From NCBI GenBank assembly GCA_036507075.1, contig DASXQR010000213.1, positions 1 to 41,633 on the forward strand: a stretch of DNA of 41,633 nt, read 5' to 3'. The position numbers were made by a program, and so were the translations under genes. The stretch's first letter is position 1. Every line of letters begins with the position of its first letter. Of the stretch, positions 1 through 13,437 are shown piece by piece. The stretch comes from Acidobacteriota bacterium. Lineage in GTDB: Bacteria > Acidobacteriota > UBA6911 > JACQSX01. The notes below the pieces were generated by a model. That model ran no database searches. It was not told the origin of the DNA and saw nothing but the letters and a program-made list of their open reading frames with translations.

Positions 1-120
1 AACATCAGCATGGAAATCGAGTTGATCTCGCCCATCGCGATGGAAAAAGGACTGCGCTTTGCCATCCGCGAAGGAGGCAGGACGGTAGGAGCGGGCACGG
101 TAACCGATGTAGTTCAATAA
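1..120 (+). CDS. tuf: Elongation factor Tu, C-terminal end (partial)
   Basis: Frame 1 reads [39 protein letters not shown], the conserved EF-Tu C-terminus; TAA at 118-120. Confidence 0.97.
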   Translation, partial: NISMEIELISPIAMEKGLRFAIREGGRTVGAGTVTDVVQ

Positions 121-127
121 AAATCAG

Positions 128-346
128 TTGAGGGTCGACGGGAAAAGTTACGAGTTGCGCGTTTTCGAGTTATGGGAAAAAGTTTGCGGGTTACGGGTTG
201 ACGGGTTACGGGTTCTTTGATTCGGCACATGGCAGATGTAACTGAAAACCCGGAAACGCGGAACCAGGAAACCCGAAACCCGGAACTAGAAAATCCGGAA
301 CCCGAAAACCAGGAACTAGAAAACCCGGAACTAGAAAACCCGGAAC
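128..346. repeat. Inverted arrays of degenerate 7-8 nt repeats: (GGTTACG-like)n then (AAACCCGG/GGAACTAG-like)n
   Basis: Left arm ~128-215 (gttacgg, gttgcgc, gttttcga, gtttgcgg); right arm 245-346 with a recurring 15-mer aaaacccggaactag. Confidence 0.9.
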
Positions 347-358
347 AGGGTAAAGCCG

Positions 359-508
359 ATGCAAGATAACATTCAAATGCAGTGCGCCGAGTGTAAGCAG
401 CGCAATTATGCAACGACGAAGAACAAAAAGAACGTGACCGAGAGACTGGAACTGAAAAAGTTCTGCCGCTTCTGTCGAAAGCATACAGTGCACAAGGAAG
501 TAAGGTAA
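359..508 (+). CDS. rpmG: 50S ribosomal protein L33 (Zn-binding form)
   Basis: Not in the ORF track; hand translation [49 protein letters not shown]; two CxxC motifs; expected position between tuf and tRNA-Trp/secE. Confidence 0.97.
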   Translation: MQDNIQMQCAECKQRNYATTKNKKNVTERLELKKFCRFCRKHTVHKEVR

Positions 509-515
509 CGTCACA

Positions 516-770
516 AGTTAACAGGGGCCAGAATTACCAGTTACAAGTTCCAATTAATTGGTAATTCTTGCTCCTCAACTGGTAATTCTTGCTCCTGTTA
601 ACTGATCACTTGTACTTGCAGGCCAGTAGCTCGAATTGGTAGAGCGCCGGTCTCCAAAACCGGATGTTGGGGGTTCGAGTCCCTCCTGGCCTGCCACTCA
701 AGTGTCAAGTTACAAGGGGCAAGAGTTACCAGTACAAGGGGTTAGTTAACAGGAGCAAGAGTTACAAGTG
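516..770. repeat. About 21-27 nt repeat in direct and inverted copies flanking tRNA-Trp
   Basis: agttaacaggggccagaattaccagtt (516-542); reverse-complement copies at 556-575 and 577-603; forward copies at 715-733 and 744-769. Confidence 0.85.
620..696 (+). tRNA. tRNA-Trp (CCA)
   Basis: Acceptor stem AGGCCAG/CTGGCCT, anticodon arm ccggt-ctCCAaa-accgg, T-loop GTTCGAGT, encoded 3' CCA; conserved position before secE. Confidence 0.98.
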
Positions 771-816
771 GCGGGAGTCAGTTGAAAGGGACAACGGGCA
801 GCAGGAGTCAGTGCTG

Positions 817-898
817 CTGGTTCCGGGTTCCTAGTTCCGGTTCCGATTTGCGTGGACGGATTAAAGAATCCGTAACCCGAAAACCCGCAACCCGTAAC
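817..898. repeat. Repeat arms complementary to the arrays upstream of rpmG
   Basis: 817-845 (gttccgggttcctagttccgg) complements ~325-346; 855-898 (aaagaatccgtaacccgaaaacccgcaacccgtaac) complements 184-226. Confidence 0.8.
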
Positions 899-920
899 CT
901 TGTTTCCGATAACTTGAATT

Positions 921-1139
921 ATGGAATTGTTGGAGAAAATTAGAACATCACCTTCCAGGTTTCGGGCTTTTTTGTCCGACGTCAAGGCCGAATTAAAGAA
1001 GACAAGCTGGCCGAGTCGCAAAGAAGTCTATGGAACCACACTGGTGGTCATAGCAACCGTGTTCTTCTTTGGCTTTTATTTGTTTCTTGTGGACTGGGGT
1101 CTGAAGCTGGCCGTTCAAAAGATTTTCAATATTTTTTAG
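921..1139 (+). CDS. secE: Preprotein translocase subunit SecE
   Basis: [13 protein letters not shown] motif plus one TM helix; lies between tRNA-Trp and nusG. Confidence 0.96.
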   Translation: MELLEKIRTSPSRFRAFLSDVKAELKKTSWPSRKEVYGTTLVVIATVFFFGFYLFLVDWGLKLAVQKIFNIF

Positions 1140-1159
1140 CGAATATGACGGTACACGTA

Positions 1160-1690
1160 ATGGCAAAGCACTGGTACATCATCCACACCTACTCTGGTTT
1201 TGAACGCAAGGTGGCAGAAAGCCTGATGAACCGGGTTCAGGCCTATGGCCTGCAGGATCAAATCGGGCAGATCCTGATTCCCACCGAAGATGTAGTGGAG
1301 ATGAAGTCGGGTAAGAAGGTGGTTTCATCCAAACTGTTCTTCCCCGGGTACATTCTGGTGGAGATGGAAATGACCGATGAGACGTGGCACCTGGTGCGTA
1401 ACACGCCCAAGGTCACCGGCTTTGTGAGTCAAGGACAAAAGCCGACGCCGCTCACCGAGGAAGAGGTCAACCAGGTGGTGCACCGGGTTTCGACAACGGC
1501 GGAAAAGCCGAAGCCGAAGTACATGTATGAAAAAGGGGAGTCCGTCAAGATCATCGACGGGCCTTTCAGCAATTTTACGGGCACGGTAGAGGACATCAAT
1601 CTGGAGAAGAACACGCTCAAAGTGATGGTTACGATCTTCGGCCGCGCCACGCCCGTGGAGCTTGAGTTTATACAGGTTGAAAAGATCTGA
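1160..1690 (+). CDS. nusG: Transcription termination/antitermination factor NusG
   Basis: [14 protein letters not shown] domain, [12 protein letters not shown] domain ([21 protein letters not shown]). An alternative in-frame ATG is at 1145. Confidence 0.97.
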   Translation: MAKHWYIIHTYSGFERKVAESLMNRVQAYGLQDQIGQILIPTEDVVEMKSGKKVVSSKLFFPGYILVEMEMTDETWHLVRNTPKVTGFVSQGQKPTPLTEEEVNQVVHRVSTTAEKPKPKYMYEKGESVKIIDGPFSNFTGTVEDINLEKNTLKVMVTIFGRATPVELEFIQVEKI

Positions 1691-1691
1691 A

Positions 1692-1760
1692 TCTTTTGTG
1701 TTCTTTGTGTTTTTGTGGTGAAAAGCCAGTTCAACCACAAAGGCACAAAGGGCACGAAGA
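1692..1760 (+). repeat. Hairpin of 8/9-nt tandem repeats: (CTTTGTGT)n-GTGAA / TTCAACCAC-(AAAGGCAC)n
   Basis: About 29-bp stem, 1694-1722 with 1730-1759; ends on the rplK SD. Confidence 0.9.
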
Positions 1761-1772
1761 GGATTGCAGCGT

Positions 1773-2198
1773 ATGGCAAAGAAAATTACCGCGAATATCA
1801 AGTTGCAGATTCCTGCCGGCAAAGCAACCCCTGCTCCGCCTGTGGGACCCGCCCTCGGACAGGCCGGCGTCAACATTATGGATTTCTGCAAGGCGTTCAA
1901 CGCAAAGACGCAAAACCAGGAAGGTTTGATCATCCCGGTTGTGATCACCGTTTATCAGGACAGGTCCTACACCTTCATCACCAAGACTCCACCCGCTGCC
2001 GTGTTGCTGAAACGGGCGGCCAATATTGCCAAGGGGTCCGCTGAACCCAACAAGAACAAAGTCGGCAAGGTGACGATGAAGCAGGTAGAGGAAATTGCAA
2101 AGACCAAGATGCCAGACTTGAATGCCGGCAGTCTGGAAGCGGCAGTAAAAATCGTGCTTGGAACGGCGCGCAGCATGGGGTTAGACGTAACGACGTAA
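1773..2198 (+). CDS. rplK: 50S ribosomal protein L11
   Basis: [21 protein letters not shown] motif; ATG 1773 after GAGGA. Confidence 0.98.
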   Translation: MAKKITANIKLQIPAGKATPAPPVGPALGQAGVNIMDFCKAFNAKTQNQEGLIIPVVITVYQDRSYTFITKTPPAAVLLKRAANIAKGSAEPNKNKVGKVTMKQVEEIAKTKMPDLNAGSLEAAVKIVLGTARSMGLDVTT

Positions 2199-2204
2199 GG
2201 GAAG

Positions 2205-2411
2205 GTCAACAGTCATTGGCATCAGTCATTCGTCATTGGTCATTCGTCAATGGTCAGTGGTCATCGGTCAACGGTCATCAGTCAACGAGGAGTTTACGAC
2301 CGATAACCGATAATGACCGATGACTGTCGACCAATGACCGATTACCAATGACTAGTAACCAATGACGAATGGCCAATGACCAATGACCAATGACCAATGA
2401 CTAATGACTGA
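2205..2411. repeat. Inverted heptamer arrays: (GTCATTG) x~12, loop, (TGACCAA) x~16
   Basis: Left arm 2205-2287, loop 2288-2296, right arm 2297-2411. Confidence 0.95.
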
Positions 2412-2419
2412 AGAAAACC

Positions 2420-3103
2420 ATGGGTAAGAAATTTGAGAATGCGAGAAAGCAGGTCGAGCGGCGGCCTTATCCCCTGGAAGAAGCTGTCACTCTGATGAAG
2501 AAAGTAAAGTTCGCCGCATTTGACGAGACGGCGGAAGTTGCCATGCGGTTGGGCGTGAACCCGAAACACGCCGACCAGATGGTGCGCGGCACGATTGTGC
2601 TTCCCAACGGCCTGGGTTCGACCAAACGCGTGGCCGTGATTGCATCCGGGGACAAGGTGAAGGAAGCCCAGGACGCAGGTGCGGATGAAGTGGGCGGCGA
2701 GGACCTGGTTGAAAAGATCCAGAAGGGTTATATGGATTTCGATGCGCTGGTCGCAACGCCTGACATGATGAAATCGGTGGGAAAACTGGGAAAGGTGCTG
2801 GGACCCCGGGGTCTGATGCCCAATCCGAAGACCGGCACGGTGACTTTCGATGTCGCCAAGGCGGTAAAAGAGGTCAAAGCGGGAAAGGTGGAGTTTCGCG
2901 TCGACAAGAACGGAGTGATCCACGCTCCCTTCGGCAAGCTTTCTTTTTCCGAGTTGAATCTGATTCAGAACGCGAAAGCTTTGATTGATGCCGTGCTGCG
3001 CGCCAAACCGACAACCAGCAAAGGCAAGTACATGAAGCGCGTGACCATTTCGTCCACCATGGGGCCTGGGATCGACGTGGACATCAACCAGGCAGCGGGT
3101 TAA
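2420..3103 (+). CDS. rplA: 50S ribosomal protein L1
   Basis: [46 protein letters not shown] motifs. Confidence 0.98.
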   Translation: MGKKFENARKQVERRPYPLEEAVTLMKKVKFAAFDETAEVAMRLGVNPKHADQMVRGTIVLPNGLGSTKRVAVIASGDKVKEAQDAGADEVGGEDLVEKIQKGYMDFDALVATPDMMKSVGKLGKVLGPRGLMPNPKTGTVTFDVAKAVKEVKAGKVEFRVDKNGVIHAPFGKLSFSELNLIQNAKALIDAVLRAKPTTSKGKYMKRVTISSTMGPGIDVDINQAAG

Positions 3104-3115
3104 TCAGGTGAAACG

Positions 3116-3622
3116 ATGAAGAGAGAAGAAAAGCAGCAGATGATCGACAGCCTGTCGCAAACATTTCGATCGGCCAAGTCGGTTGTGCTGATGGATTTTC
3201 GCGGCATGAAGGTGGTCGATGCCACTGAACTGCGCCGCCAGGTTTCCAAGGCCAGATGCGGTTATCAGGTTGTGAAAAACACCCTGGCTCTGATTGCAAC
3301 CAAAAGCACCGCATTTGAAGTGCTCAAGGATCATTTCCAGGGGCCCACGGCCATTGCATACTCGGACAAGGACCCGGTTGCTCTGGCCAAGGTGCTGACG
3401 GAATTCGCCAAGAGCGCGCCCTCGCTGCAGTTCAAGGCCGCAGTACTGGAAGGCAAGTTGTTTGACGGCGCCGCGGTGGCCGACATCGCGAAGCTTCCCA
3501 GCCGGAAAGAACTGATCGGAAAATTATTGTTCCTGTTGAACGCCCCGGCGCAGCGTCTGGCCACAGTTCTCAGCGCCCCGGCGCGCAATCTGGCATTTGT
3601 GCTTAGCCAGATTAAGAAGTGA
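3116..3622 (+). CDS. rplJ: 50S ribosomal protein L10
   Basis: DFRGMKV..TELRR, VVKNTL, GPTAIAY, LPSRKEL motifs; AGGTG SD. Confidence 0.97.
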   Translation: MKREEKQQMIDSLSQTFRSAKSVVLMDFRGMKVVDATELRRQVSKARCGYQVVKNTLALIATKSTAFEVLKDHFQGPTAIAYSDKDPVALAKVLTEFAKSAPSLQFKAAVLEGKLFDGAAVADIAKLPSRKELIGKLLFLLNAPAQRLATVLSAPARNLAFVLSQIKK

Positions 3623-3625
3623 GAC

Positions 3626-3772
3626 GTCTGTTGTCCGTTGTCAGTGGTCTGTTGTCCGTTGTCCGTAGTCAGTGGTCCGTTGTCCGTTGTCGAAGCGTAA
3701 AGGGTTCAAAAACAGATAACCGACGCAACTGACAACTGACCACTGACTACGGACAACTGACCACTGACTGAC
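3626..3772. repeat. Inverted heptamer arrays: (GTCCGTT/GTCAGTG) x~9, loop, (AACTGAC/CACTGAC) x~8
   Basis: Left arm 3626-3691, right arm 3711-3772; 3658-3677 is the exact reverse complement of 3738-3757. Confidence 0.95.
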
Positions 3773-3793
3773 AAAGAAATTTTGGAGGAAATA

Positions 3794-4183
3794 ATGGAAA
3801 TTACACGTGAACAGGTTCTGGGCTGGATTGAGCAGGCCTCAATGATGGAAATCTCAGAACTGGTGAAGGACATTGAGAATAAATTTGGCGTGTCTGCCGC
3901 CGCCGCTGCCCCTGTTATGGCTGCGGGTGCGGGTGCCGCGCCTGCCGCCGGAGCTGCCGCGGCTGAAGAAAAGACTGAATTCGACGTCATTCTGACTAAC
4001 GCCGGCGACAAAAAGATCAACGTCATCAAGGTGGTAAGAGAAGTGACCAATCTTGGCTTGAAGGAAGCCAAGGACCTTGTGGAAGGCGCGCCAAAGCCGG
4101 TCAAGGAAGGCGTCCCTAAGGAAGAAGCCGAGAAAATCAAGGCTAAGTTCCAGGAAGTCGGCGCCACGGTTGAGGTAAAGTAG
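3794..4183 (+). CDS. rplL: 50S ribosomal protein L7/L12
   Basis: Ala-rich hinge, [41 protein letters not shown] before ATG 3794. Confidence 0.98.
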   Translation: MEITREQVLGWIEQASMMEISELVKDIENKFGVSAAAAAPVMAAGAGAAPAAGAAAAEEKTEFDVILTNAGDKKINVIKVVREVTNLGLKEAKDLVEGAPKPVKEGVPKEEAEKIKAKFQEVGATVEVK

Positions 4184-4202
4184 CAGTCCCTGCAAAAAAT
4201 TC

Positions 4203-4231
4203 TTGTAAATCATCGGGACTCCGGTTATGAT
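4203..4231 (+). promoter_or_regulatory. Putative sigma70 promoter for rpoBC
   Basis: TTGTAA (4203-4208), 17-nt spacer, TATGAT (4226-4231), with an A-tract upstream. Confidence 0.65.
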
Positions 4232-4282
4232 TGGAGGTTCTCTGATGGTGAAGAGAAACACGAATTGGACGGAATAAATCTT

Positions 4283-4301
4283 GGGGGCCGTTCCCCCTTT
4301 T
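4283..4301 (+). terminator. Weak terminator/attenuator-like hairpin in the rpoB leader
   Basis: GGGGG-ccgtt-CCCCC-TTTT. Confidence 0.35.
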
Positions 4302-4526
4302 GAGTCGTCTGCCGGAGGCGTTTCCCCGTTTTCGTCCGAGCAGGTTCTTTTTGGATGATCTTAAGCTTCTTTACGCACGTCAGGGAACGTGTCTCTATTT
4401 TTCGTTTTCCAAAGAAGTCCTCGCGCCCGTTAGTTCATACCAGGCATCGCCTATTGTTACCGGAAGGTTGTGATGTTTTCCAGTCCCGGCGGCGCAACAA
4501 ATTTTTTCTGACAGGGAGTGCCCTTC

Positions 4527-7500
4527 ATGTCTGATTTTTTGAAGAATGTTTATCGCGACAGGCATAACTTCGCCAAGATCAAAACCTCCTTTCCCATCCC
4601 CAATCTTCTGGAGGTTCAGAAAAAGTCCTATCAGCGGTTTCTTCAGATGGATCTGCTGCCCAGCGAGCGCGAAGACGTGGGCTTGCAGTCGGTATTCAAT
4701 TCTGTTTTCCCGATCACAGATTTCCGCGGGACTTCATCGCTCGAGTTTGTCGATTTCTCAATCGGCAACTGGGAGTGCAAATGCGGCAAGCTGCGGGGGT
4801 TGGAGCATCTGCGCGGCAAGTGCGCGCATTGCGGCTCCACCATTGTGCTGAACCCCTACTCGATTGAAGACATCGTGTGCCGCAGTTGCGGGGCTTACAA
4901 CGCCAACGAGGTGCCCCGCTGCGAAGACTGCGGCGATCCGGTCCAGTTGAACCTCAAGTACAACATTGAGGAGTGTCAGGAGCGCGGTATGACTTATGCC
5001 GTGCCGCTGAAGGTCACCATTCGCCTGGTGGTCTGGGACAAAGACCCCGATACGGAAGCCAAGACCATCCGCGATATCAAGGAACAGGAAGTCTATTTCG
5101 GCGACATTCCGCTGATGACGGAAAACGGTATTTTTATCATCAACGGGACCGAACGGGTCATCGTCAGCCAGTTGCACCGTTCTCCCGGAGTATTCTTTGA
5201 ATCCAGTCCTACCAAGTCGTTTTTCCTGGGAAAGATCATTCCGTATCGCGGCTCCTGGATTGAGTTCGAATACGACGTCAAAAACCTCCTGTACGTGCGC
5301 ATTGACCGGAAGCGCAAGTTTTTGGCCAGCACGTTCCTGCGCGCGCTGAAAAAGTCCCAGATTGAAGAACTCAAGAAGAAGCACGAGAGCGGCGCTCTTT
5401 CAAAAGAAGCTTGCGACCGCGGTATAGAGGAGCTTCAGTCGGACGAGCGGATGCTGCGCGAGTTTTATACTGTGACGAACCTTGAAATCGACGGTAAAAA
5501 ACTTTATCGCCCTCTCGACTCGAGCCTTATCGGATTGAAGATATCAAAAGACATCGTTGACCCGCATTCCCCGCGCAAGGTTCTGCATTCGGCCGGCAAG
5601 AAAATAACCGCCTCCGTCTTTGCGACGCTTGAGAAGGCGGGCGTGAAGACTCTGGAGATCGACGTTGAAGATCTTGAAGGGGCTTTCAGCGCGGGCAGAG
5701 TGGTAGACAAAAAAAGCGGTGAAATCATCCTGGAGGCCAACGAGGAAGTCAACGCACGGAAACTAAACTCGGTCATCGAGGCCAAGATCGAAAAGCTGTC
5801 CGTCTTCTTTCCCGAACGCGACGATATCGGCGTGGTGCTCTCGGAGACCTTGCGCAAGGATACGATCAAAACCACCGACGAGGCGCTGATTGAAATCTAT
5901 CGAAAACAACGACCGGGAGATCCGCCGACCATCGACACGGCCACGCAGTTGTTTCAGGGGATGTTCTTTGATTCTCGCAAGTATGATTTTTCAAAAGTGG
6001 GCCGACTTAAGTTCAACATCAAGCTCGGCCTGGATACTCCGCTGGACGAGCGCATCCTGTCGCAGAAAGATTTTCATGCGGTGATCGATTACCTGCTGAA
6101 GCTGCGCAAGAGCATCGGTTCGGTGGACGATATCGATCATCTCGGAAACCGGCGCGTGCGGGCCGTGGGCGAGTTGCTGGAAAACCAGTTCCGCATCGGA
6201 CTGGTGCGCATGGAGCGAGCCATCAAAGAAAAGATGTCCGTCCATCAGGAAATGGCCACCGCCATGCCTCACGATCTGATCAACGCCAAACCTGTGATGG
6301 CCTCGATCCGTGAATTCTTTGGCAGCAGCCAGCTTTCCCAGTTTATGGACCAGACCAATCCGCTGTCGGAAATCACTCACAAGCGCCGTCTGTCGGCGCT
6401 GGGACCGGGAGGCTTGAGCCGGGAGCGCGCAGGGTTCGAAGTGCGCGACGTGCATCCCACGCACTACGGGCGCATTTGCCCCATTGAAACGCCGGAAGGT
6501 CCCAACATCGGACTGATTTCTTCGCTGAGCTGCTATGCGCGCATCAATGAATTCGGATTCATTGAGTCGCCGTACCGTCGTATCAAGGACGGCAAGATCC
6601 TGGATTACGTGGTGATCACCAACGCCGGCGATACTAATCTGAAGATCGGCGCCCATTACACGCTGGACGAAGTAGATGCGCTTAACAAGCGCATGAAGAA
6701 ATCCGACAAGCGTCCCGCCGAGTTCGAGCCTTACGCGTTCTACATGACCGCCTGGGATGCCGACAAGCATGTGATCGCGCAAGCCAACATCGACCTGGAT
6801 GAAAAGGGTTTCGTCCTTCAGGAACGCGTCAGCGGCCGCCATCAGGGCAACTTCGTATTCGCCACGCGCCAGGAGATGGAATATATCGACGTCTCTCCCA
6901 AACAGTTGGTGAGCGTCGCCGCCAGCCTGATCCCGTTTCTGGAACATGACGATGCCAACCGCGCCCTGATGGGTTCCAACATGCAGCGGCAGGCGGTTCC
7001 GCTGGTACGCGCCGAAGCGCCCTTTGTAGGCACCGGCATGGAGTACATCGCGGCTCGCGACAGCGGCGCGGTGATTCTTTGCCGCCGGCCAGGCACGGTG
7101 GACAGTGTGGACGCTGAGCGCATCATCGTACGCGTGGATTCGGGCGACAGCGGCGTCAGTCGCGATGCGGGAGTAGACATCTATCAGTTGACAAAGTTCA
7201 AGCGGAGCAATCAGAACACCTGCATCAACCAGAAGCCACTGGTGCGCCGCAGTGATCGCGTGGAGAAGGGCCAGGTGCTTGCCGATGGACCGTGCACGGA
7301 GAAGGGCGAGCTGGCGCTGGGAAGAAACGTGCTGGTGGCCTTCATGCCATGGCGCGGTTACAACTTCGAAGACGCCATCCTTGTGAGCGAGAAGCTCGTC
7401 AAAGAAGATCTCTACACATCGATTCATATCGAGGAGCTGGAGATTGAAGCGCGCGACACCAAGCTGGGAAGCGAGGAAATCACTCGCGATATTCCCAACG

Positions 7501-8909
7501 TCAGCGACACGGTTCTCAAGGATCTCGATGACAGTGGAATCATCCGAATCGGCGCCAAAGTGGCTCCCGGCTCTATCCTGGTCGGCAAGGTTACGCCCAA
7601 GGGCGAGACCCAGCTCACCCCGGAAGAAAAACTGCTGCGGGCGATCTTCGGTGAAAAGGCAGGCGACGTACGTGACGCGTCGCTGTACACGCCGCCCGGC
7701 ATCGAAGGTGTGGTCGTCGACGTGAAGATTTTTTCGCGCAAGGGTGTTCCCAAGGACGAGCGTGCCACCGAGATCGAGAATCAGGAAATTGCGAAACTGG
7801 AGAAGGACCTCAACGACGAGATCCGCATTCTGAAAGACGAGCGCGACAAGCGCATCGCCGAACTGCTGGCCGGCAAGAAGCTGGCCACGGGGTTTTCGTC
7901 GGGCGAGGAGAACCTCAAGAAGGGCGACAAGATAACGCCCGAAATGCTGCAGGGTCTTTCCTATGCCGCGCTGAAAAAGATCAAAGTCGAAGGCAAGGAC
8001 GTCCAGGCGCAGATCGAGAAGTTCGAGGAGAAGAGCGAGCGCCAGATTGAAATTTTGAAGTCGCTGCATGAAGAGAAGCTGTCGCGCCTCAAGAAGGGCG
8101 ACGAGCTTCCCCCGGGCGTCATCAAAATGGTGAAGGTTTACGTGGCCATGAAGCGCAAGCTTTCCGTGGGAGACAAGATGGCAGGCCGGCACGGAAACAA
8201 GGGAGTCATCGCGCGCATCCTTCCCGAAGAAGATATGCCGTATCTGCCCGACGGCACGCCGGTGGAGATCGTGCTCAATCCGCTGGGAGTGCCGTCCCGA
8301 ATGAATGTGGGACAAATCATGGAAACGCACCTCGGCTGGGCGGCCAAGGCGCTGGGATTGCATTACTCAACGCCGGTATTTGACGGCGCCACCGAGGCGG
8401 AGATCAAAGGCCAGCTCCACCAGGCAAGCCTGCCGAACTCCGGCAAGACGCCTTTGTTTGACGGCATGACCGGAGAGAAATTTGAGCAGAGCGTGACGGT
8501 CGGTTATATCTACATGCTCAAGCTCTCGCACCTGGTGGACGACAAGATCCACGCCCGGTCGATTGGGCCTTATTCGCTTATCACGCAGCAACCGCTGGGC
8601 GGCAAGGCCCAGTTTGGCGGACAGCGTTTCGGAGAAATGGAGGTATGGGCGCTCGAGGCCTATGGAGCGGCCAACATTCTCCAGGAGCTGCTTACGGCAA
8701 AATCGGACGATGTTCAGGGCCGCGCCAAGATTTACGAAGCGATCGTAAAGGGCGAGTCTTCATACAGCCCGGGCATCCCCGAGTCATTCAACGTTCTGAT
8801 CCGCGAATTGCAGAGCCTCGCGCTGGATGTGGAGCTGATCGAGCGCGCCAAGAAGAAAACGCGCCGCGAGACTCGAGAAGTCGAAGCGGCCGAAGTCGCG
8901 GAATCCTAA
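4527..8909 (+). CDS. rpoB: DNA-directed RNA polymerase subunit beta
   Basis: [61 protein letters not shown] 4527 preferred (AGGGAG upstream); GTG 4518 is the ORF-track start. Confidence 0.99.
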   Translation: MSDFLKNVYRDRHNFAKIKTSFPIPNLLEVQKKSYQRFLQMDLLPSEREDVGLQSVFNSVFPITDFRGTSSLEFVDFSIGNWECKCGKLRGLEHLRGKCAHCGSTIVLNPYSIEDIVCRSCGAYNANEVPRCEDCGDPVQLNLKYNIEECQERGMTYAVPLKVTIRLVVWDKDPDTEAKTIRDIKEQEVYFGDIPLMTENGIFIINGTERVIVSQLHRSPGVFFESSPTKSFFLGKIIPYRGSWIEFEYDVKNLLYVRIDRKRKFLASTFLRALKKSQIEELKKKHESGALSKEACDRGIEELQSDERMLREFYTVTNLEIDGKKLYRPLDSSLIGLKISKDIVDPHSPRKVLHSAGKKITASVFATLEKAGVKTLEIDVEDLEGAFSAGRVVDKKSGEIILEANEEVNARKLNSVIEAKIEKLSVFFPERDDIGVVLSETLRKDTIKTTDEALIEIYRKQRPGDPPTIDTATQLFQGMFFDSRKYDFSKVGRLKFNIKLGLDTPLDERILSQKDFHAVIDYLLKLRKSIGSVDDIDHLGNRRVRAVGELLENQFRIGLVRMERAIKEKMSVHQEMATAMPHDLINAKPVMASIREFFGSSQLSQFMDQTNPLSEITHKRRLSALGPGGLSRERAGFEVRDVHPTHYGRICPIETPEGPNIGLISSLSCYARINEFGFIESPYRRIKDGKILDYVVITNAGDTNLKIGAHYTLDEVDALNKRMKKSDKRPAEFEPYAFYMTAWDADKHVIAQANIDLDEKGFVLQERVSGRHQGNFVFATRQEMEYIDVSPKQLVSVAASLIPFLEHDDANRALMGSNMQRQAVPLVRAEAPFVGTGMEYIAARDSGAVILCRRPGTVDSVDAERIIVRVDSGDSGVSRDAGVDIYQLTKFKRSNQNTCINQKPLVRRSDRVEKGQVLADGPCTEKGELALGRNVLVAFMPWRGYNFEDAILVSEKLVKEDLYTSIHIEELEIEARDTKLGSEEITRDIPNVSDTVLKDLDDSGIIRIGAKVAPGSILVGKVTPKGETQLTPEEKLLRAIFGEKAGDVRDASLYTPPGIEGVVVDVKIFSRKGVPKDERATEIENQEIAKLEKDLNDEIRILKDERDKRIAELLAGKKLATGFSSGEENLKKGDKITPEMLQGLSYAALKKIKVEGKDVQAQIEKFEEKSERQIEILKSLHEEKLSRLKKGDELPPGVIKMVKVYVAMKRKLSVGDKMAGRHGNKGVIARILPEEDMPYLPDGTPVEIVLNPLGVPSRMNVGQIMETHLGWAAKALGLHYSTPVFDGATEAEIKGQLHQASLPNSGKTPLFDGMTGEKFEQSVTVGYIYMLKLSHLVDDKIHARSIGPYSLITQQPLGGKAQFGGQRFGEMEVWALEAYGAANILQELLTAKSDDVQGRAKIYEAIVKGESSYSPGIPESFNVLIRELQSLALDVELIERAKKKTRRETREVEAAEVAES

Positions 8910-8912
8910 TTC

Positions 8913-8985
8913 CTTTTGTGTCCTTTGTGCCTTTGTGGTGAATTCTTTTTTTCACCACAAAGACACGAAGGACACAAGGGTCACG
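8913..8985 (+). repeat. Second copy of the CTTTGTG/CACAAAG hairpin family
   Basis: tttgtgtcctttgtgcctttgtggtgaa (8915-8942) pairs with ttcaccacaaagacacgaaggacacaag (8951-8978). Confidence 0.9.
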
Positions 8986-9014
8986 AGCATATTCTCCTTT
9001 AGCAGGAGGGCATT

Positions 9015-13160
<4,146 letters not shown>

Positions 13161-13167
13161 GCCGCCG

Positions 13168-13232
13168 GGGTTTTCGAGTTAGCAGTCTCGGGTTTGCGGT
13201 TTCGAGTTTCGGGTTGGCGGGTTTCGGGTTGG
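13168..13232 (+). repeat. Single arm of degenerate (GTTTCGG/GTTTCGA)n repeats
   Basis: Similar unit and same orientation as 128-215; no local complementary arm seen. Confidence 0.8.
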
Positions 13233-13249
13233 CCGATCATCGAATTCCC

Positions 13250-13275
13250 GTAGGGGCGGCCTGACATGGCCGCCC
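13250..13275 (+). repeat. REP-like element (GTAG plus palindrome)
   Basis: GTAG-GGGCGGCC-tgacat-GGCCGCCC. Confidence 0.6.
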
Positions 13276-13394
13276 GCAGCGGTTGCCGCCAATCCAAATC
13301 GGCTTATCGGGCCGCAAACGTCATCATAGACCGCGTCACTCCGGCCGGAACAGACCCTAGTCTTGCCAGCAAATAAAACTCAACTGCTTTGACG

Positions 13395-13437
13395 AGCTCA
13401 GACAGGCGGGCTGCAGCTGCAGCCCGCCTGAGCTTTT
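13395..13437. terminator. GC-rich perfect palindrome, likely terminator between convergent units
   Basis: 28-bp perfect palindrome caggcgggctgcagctgcagcccgcctg (13403-13430), followed by agctttt. Confidence 0.6.

Noticed and set aside
114..514. Minus-strand ORFs with SGFSS/VPGF repeats (114-413, 206-514)
   Set aside because: They are translations of the repeat arrays and lie antisense to rpmG.
620..696. tRNA-Trp as an integration site
   Set aside because: No duplicated tRNA 3' end or integrase seen; the gene order is the standard one.
2342..2923. ORF ending in LVIGHWSLVIGH repeats
   Set aside because: Antisense to rplA; the tail is the heptamer array read in frame.
121..3772. Repeat arrays as CRISPR
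   Set aside because: Units are 7-21 nt, degenerate, without unique spacers; no cas genes.
5991..8363. 790-aa antisense ORF inside rpoB, and similar shadow ORFs in rpoC and the pil genes
   Set aside because: Typical stop-poor antisense frames of GC-biased genes; no recognisable motifs.
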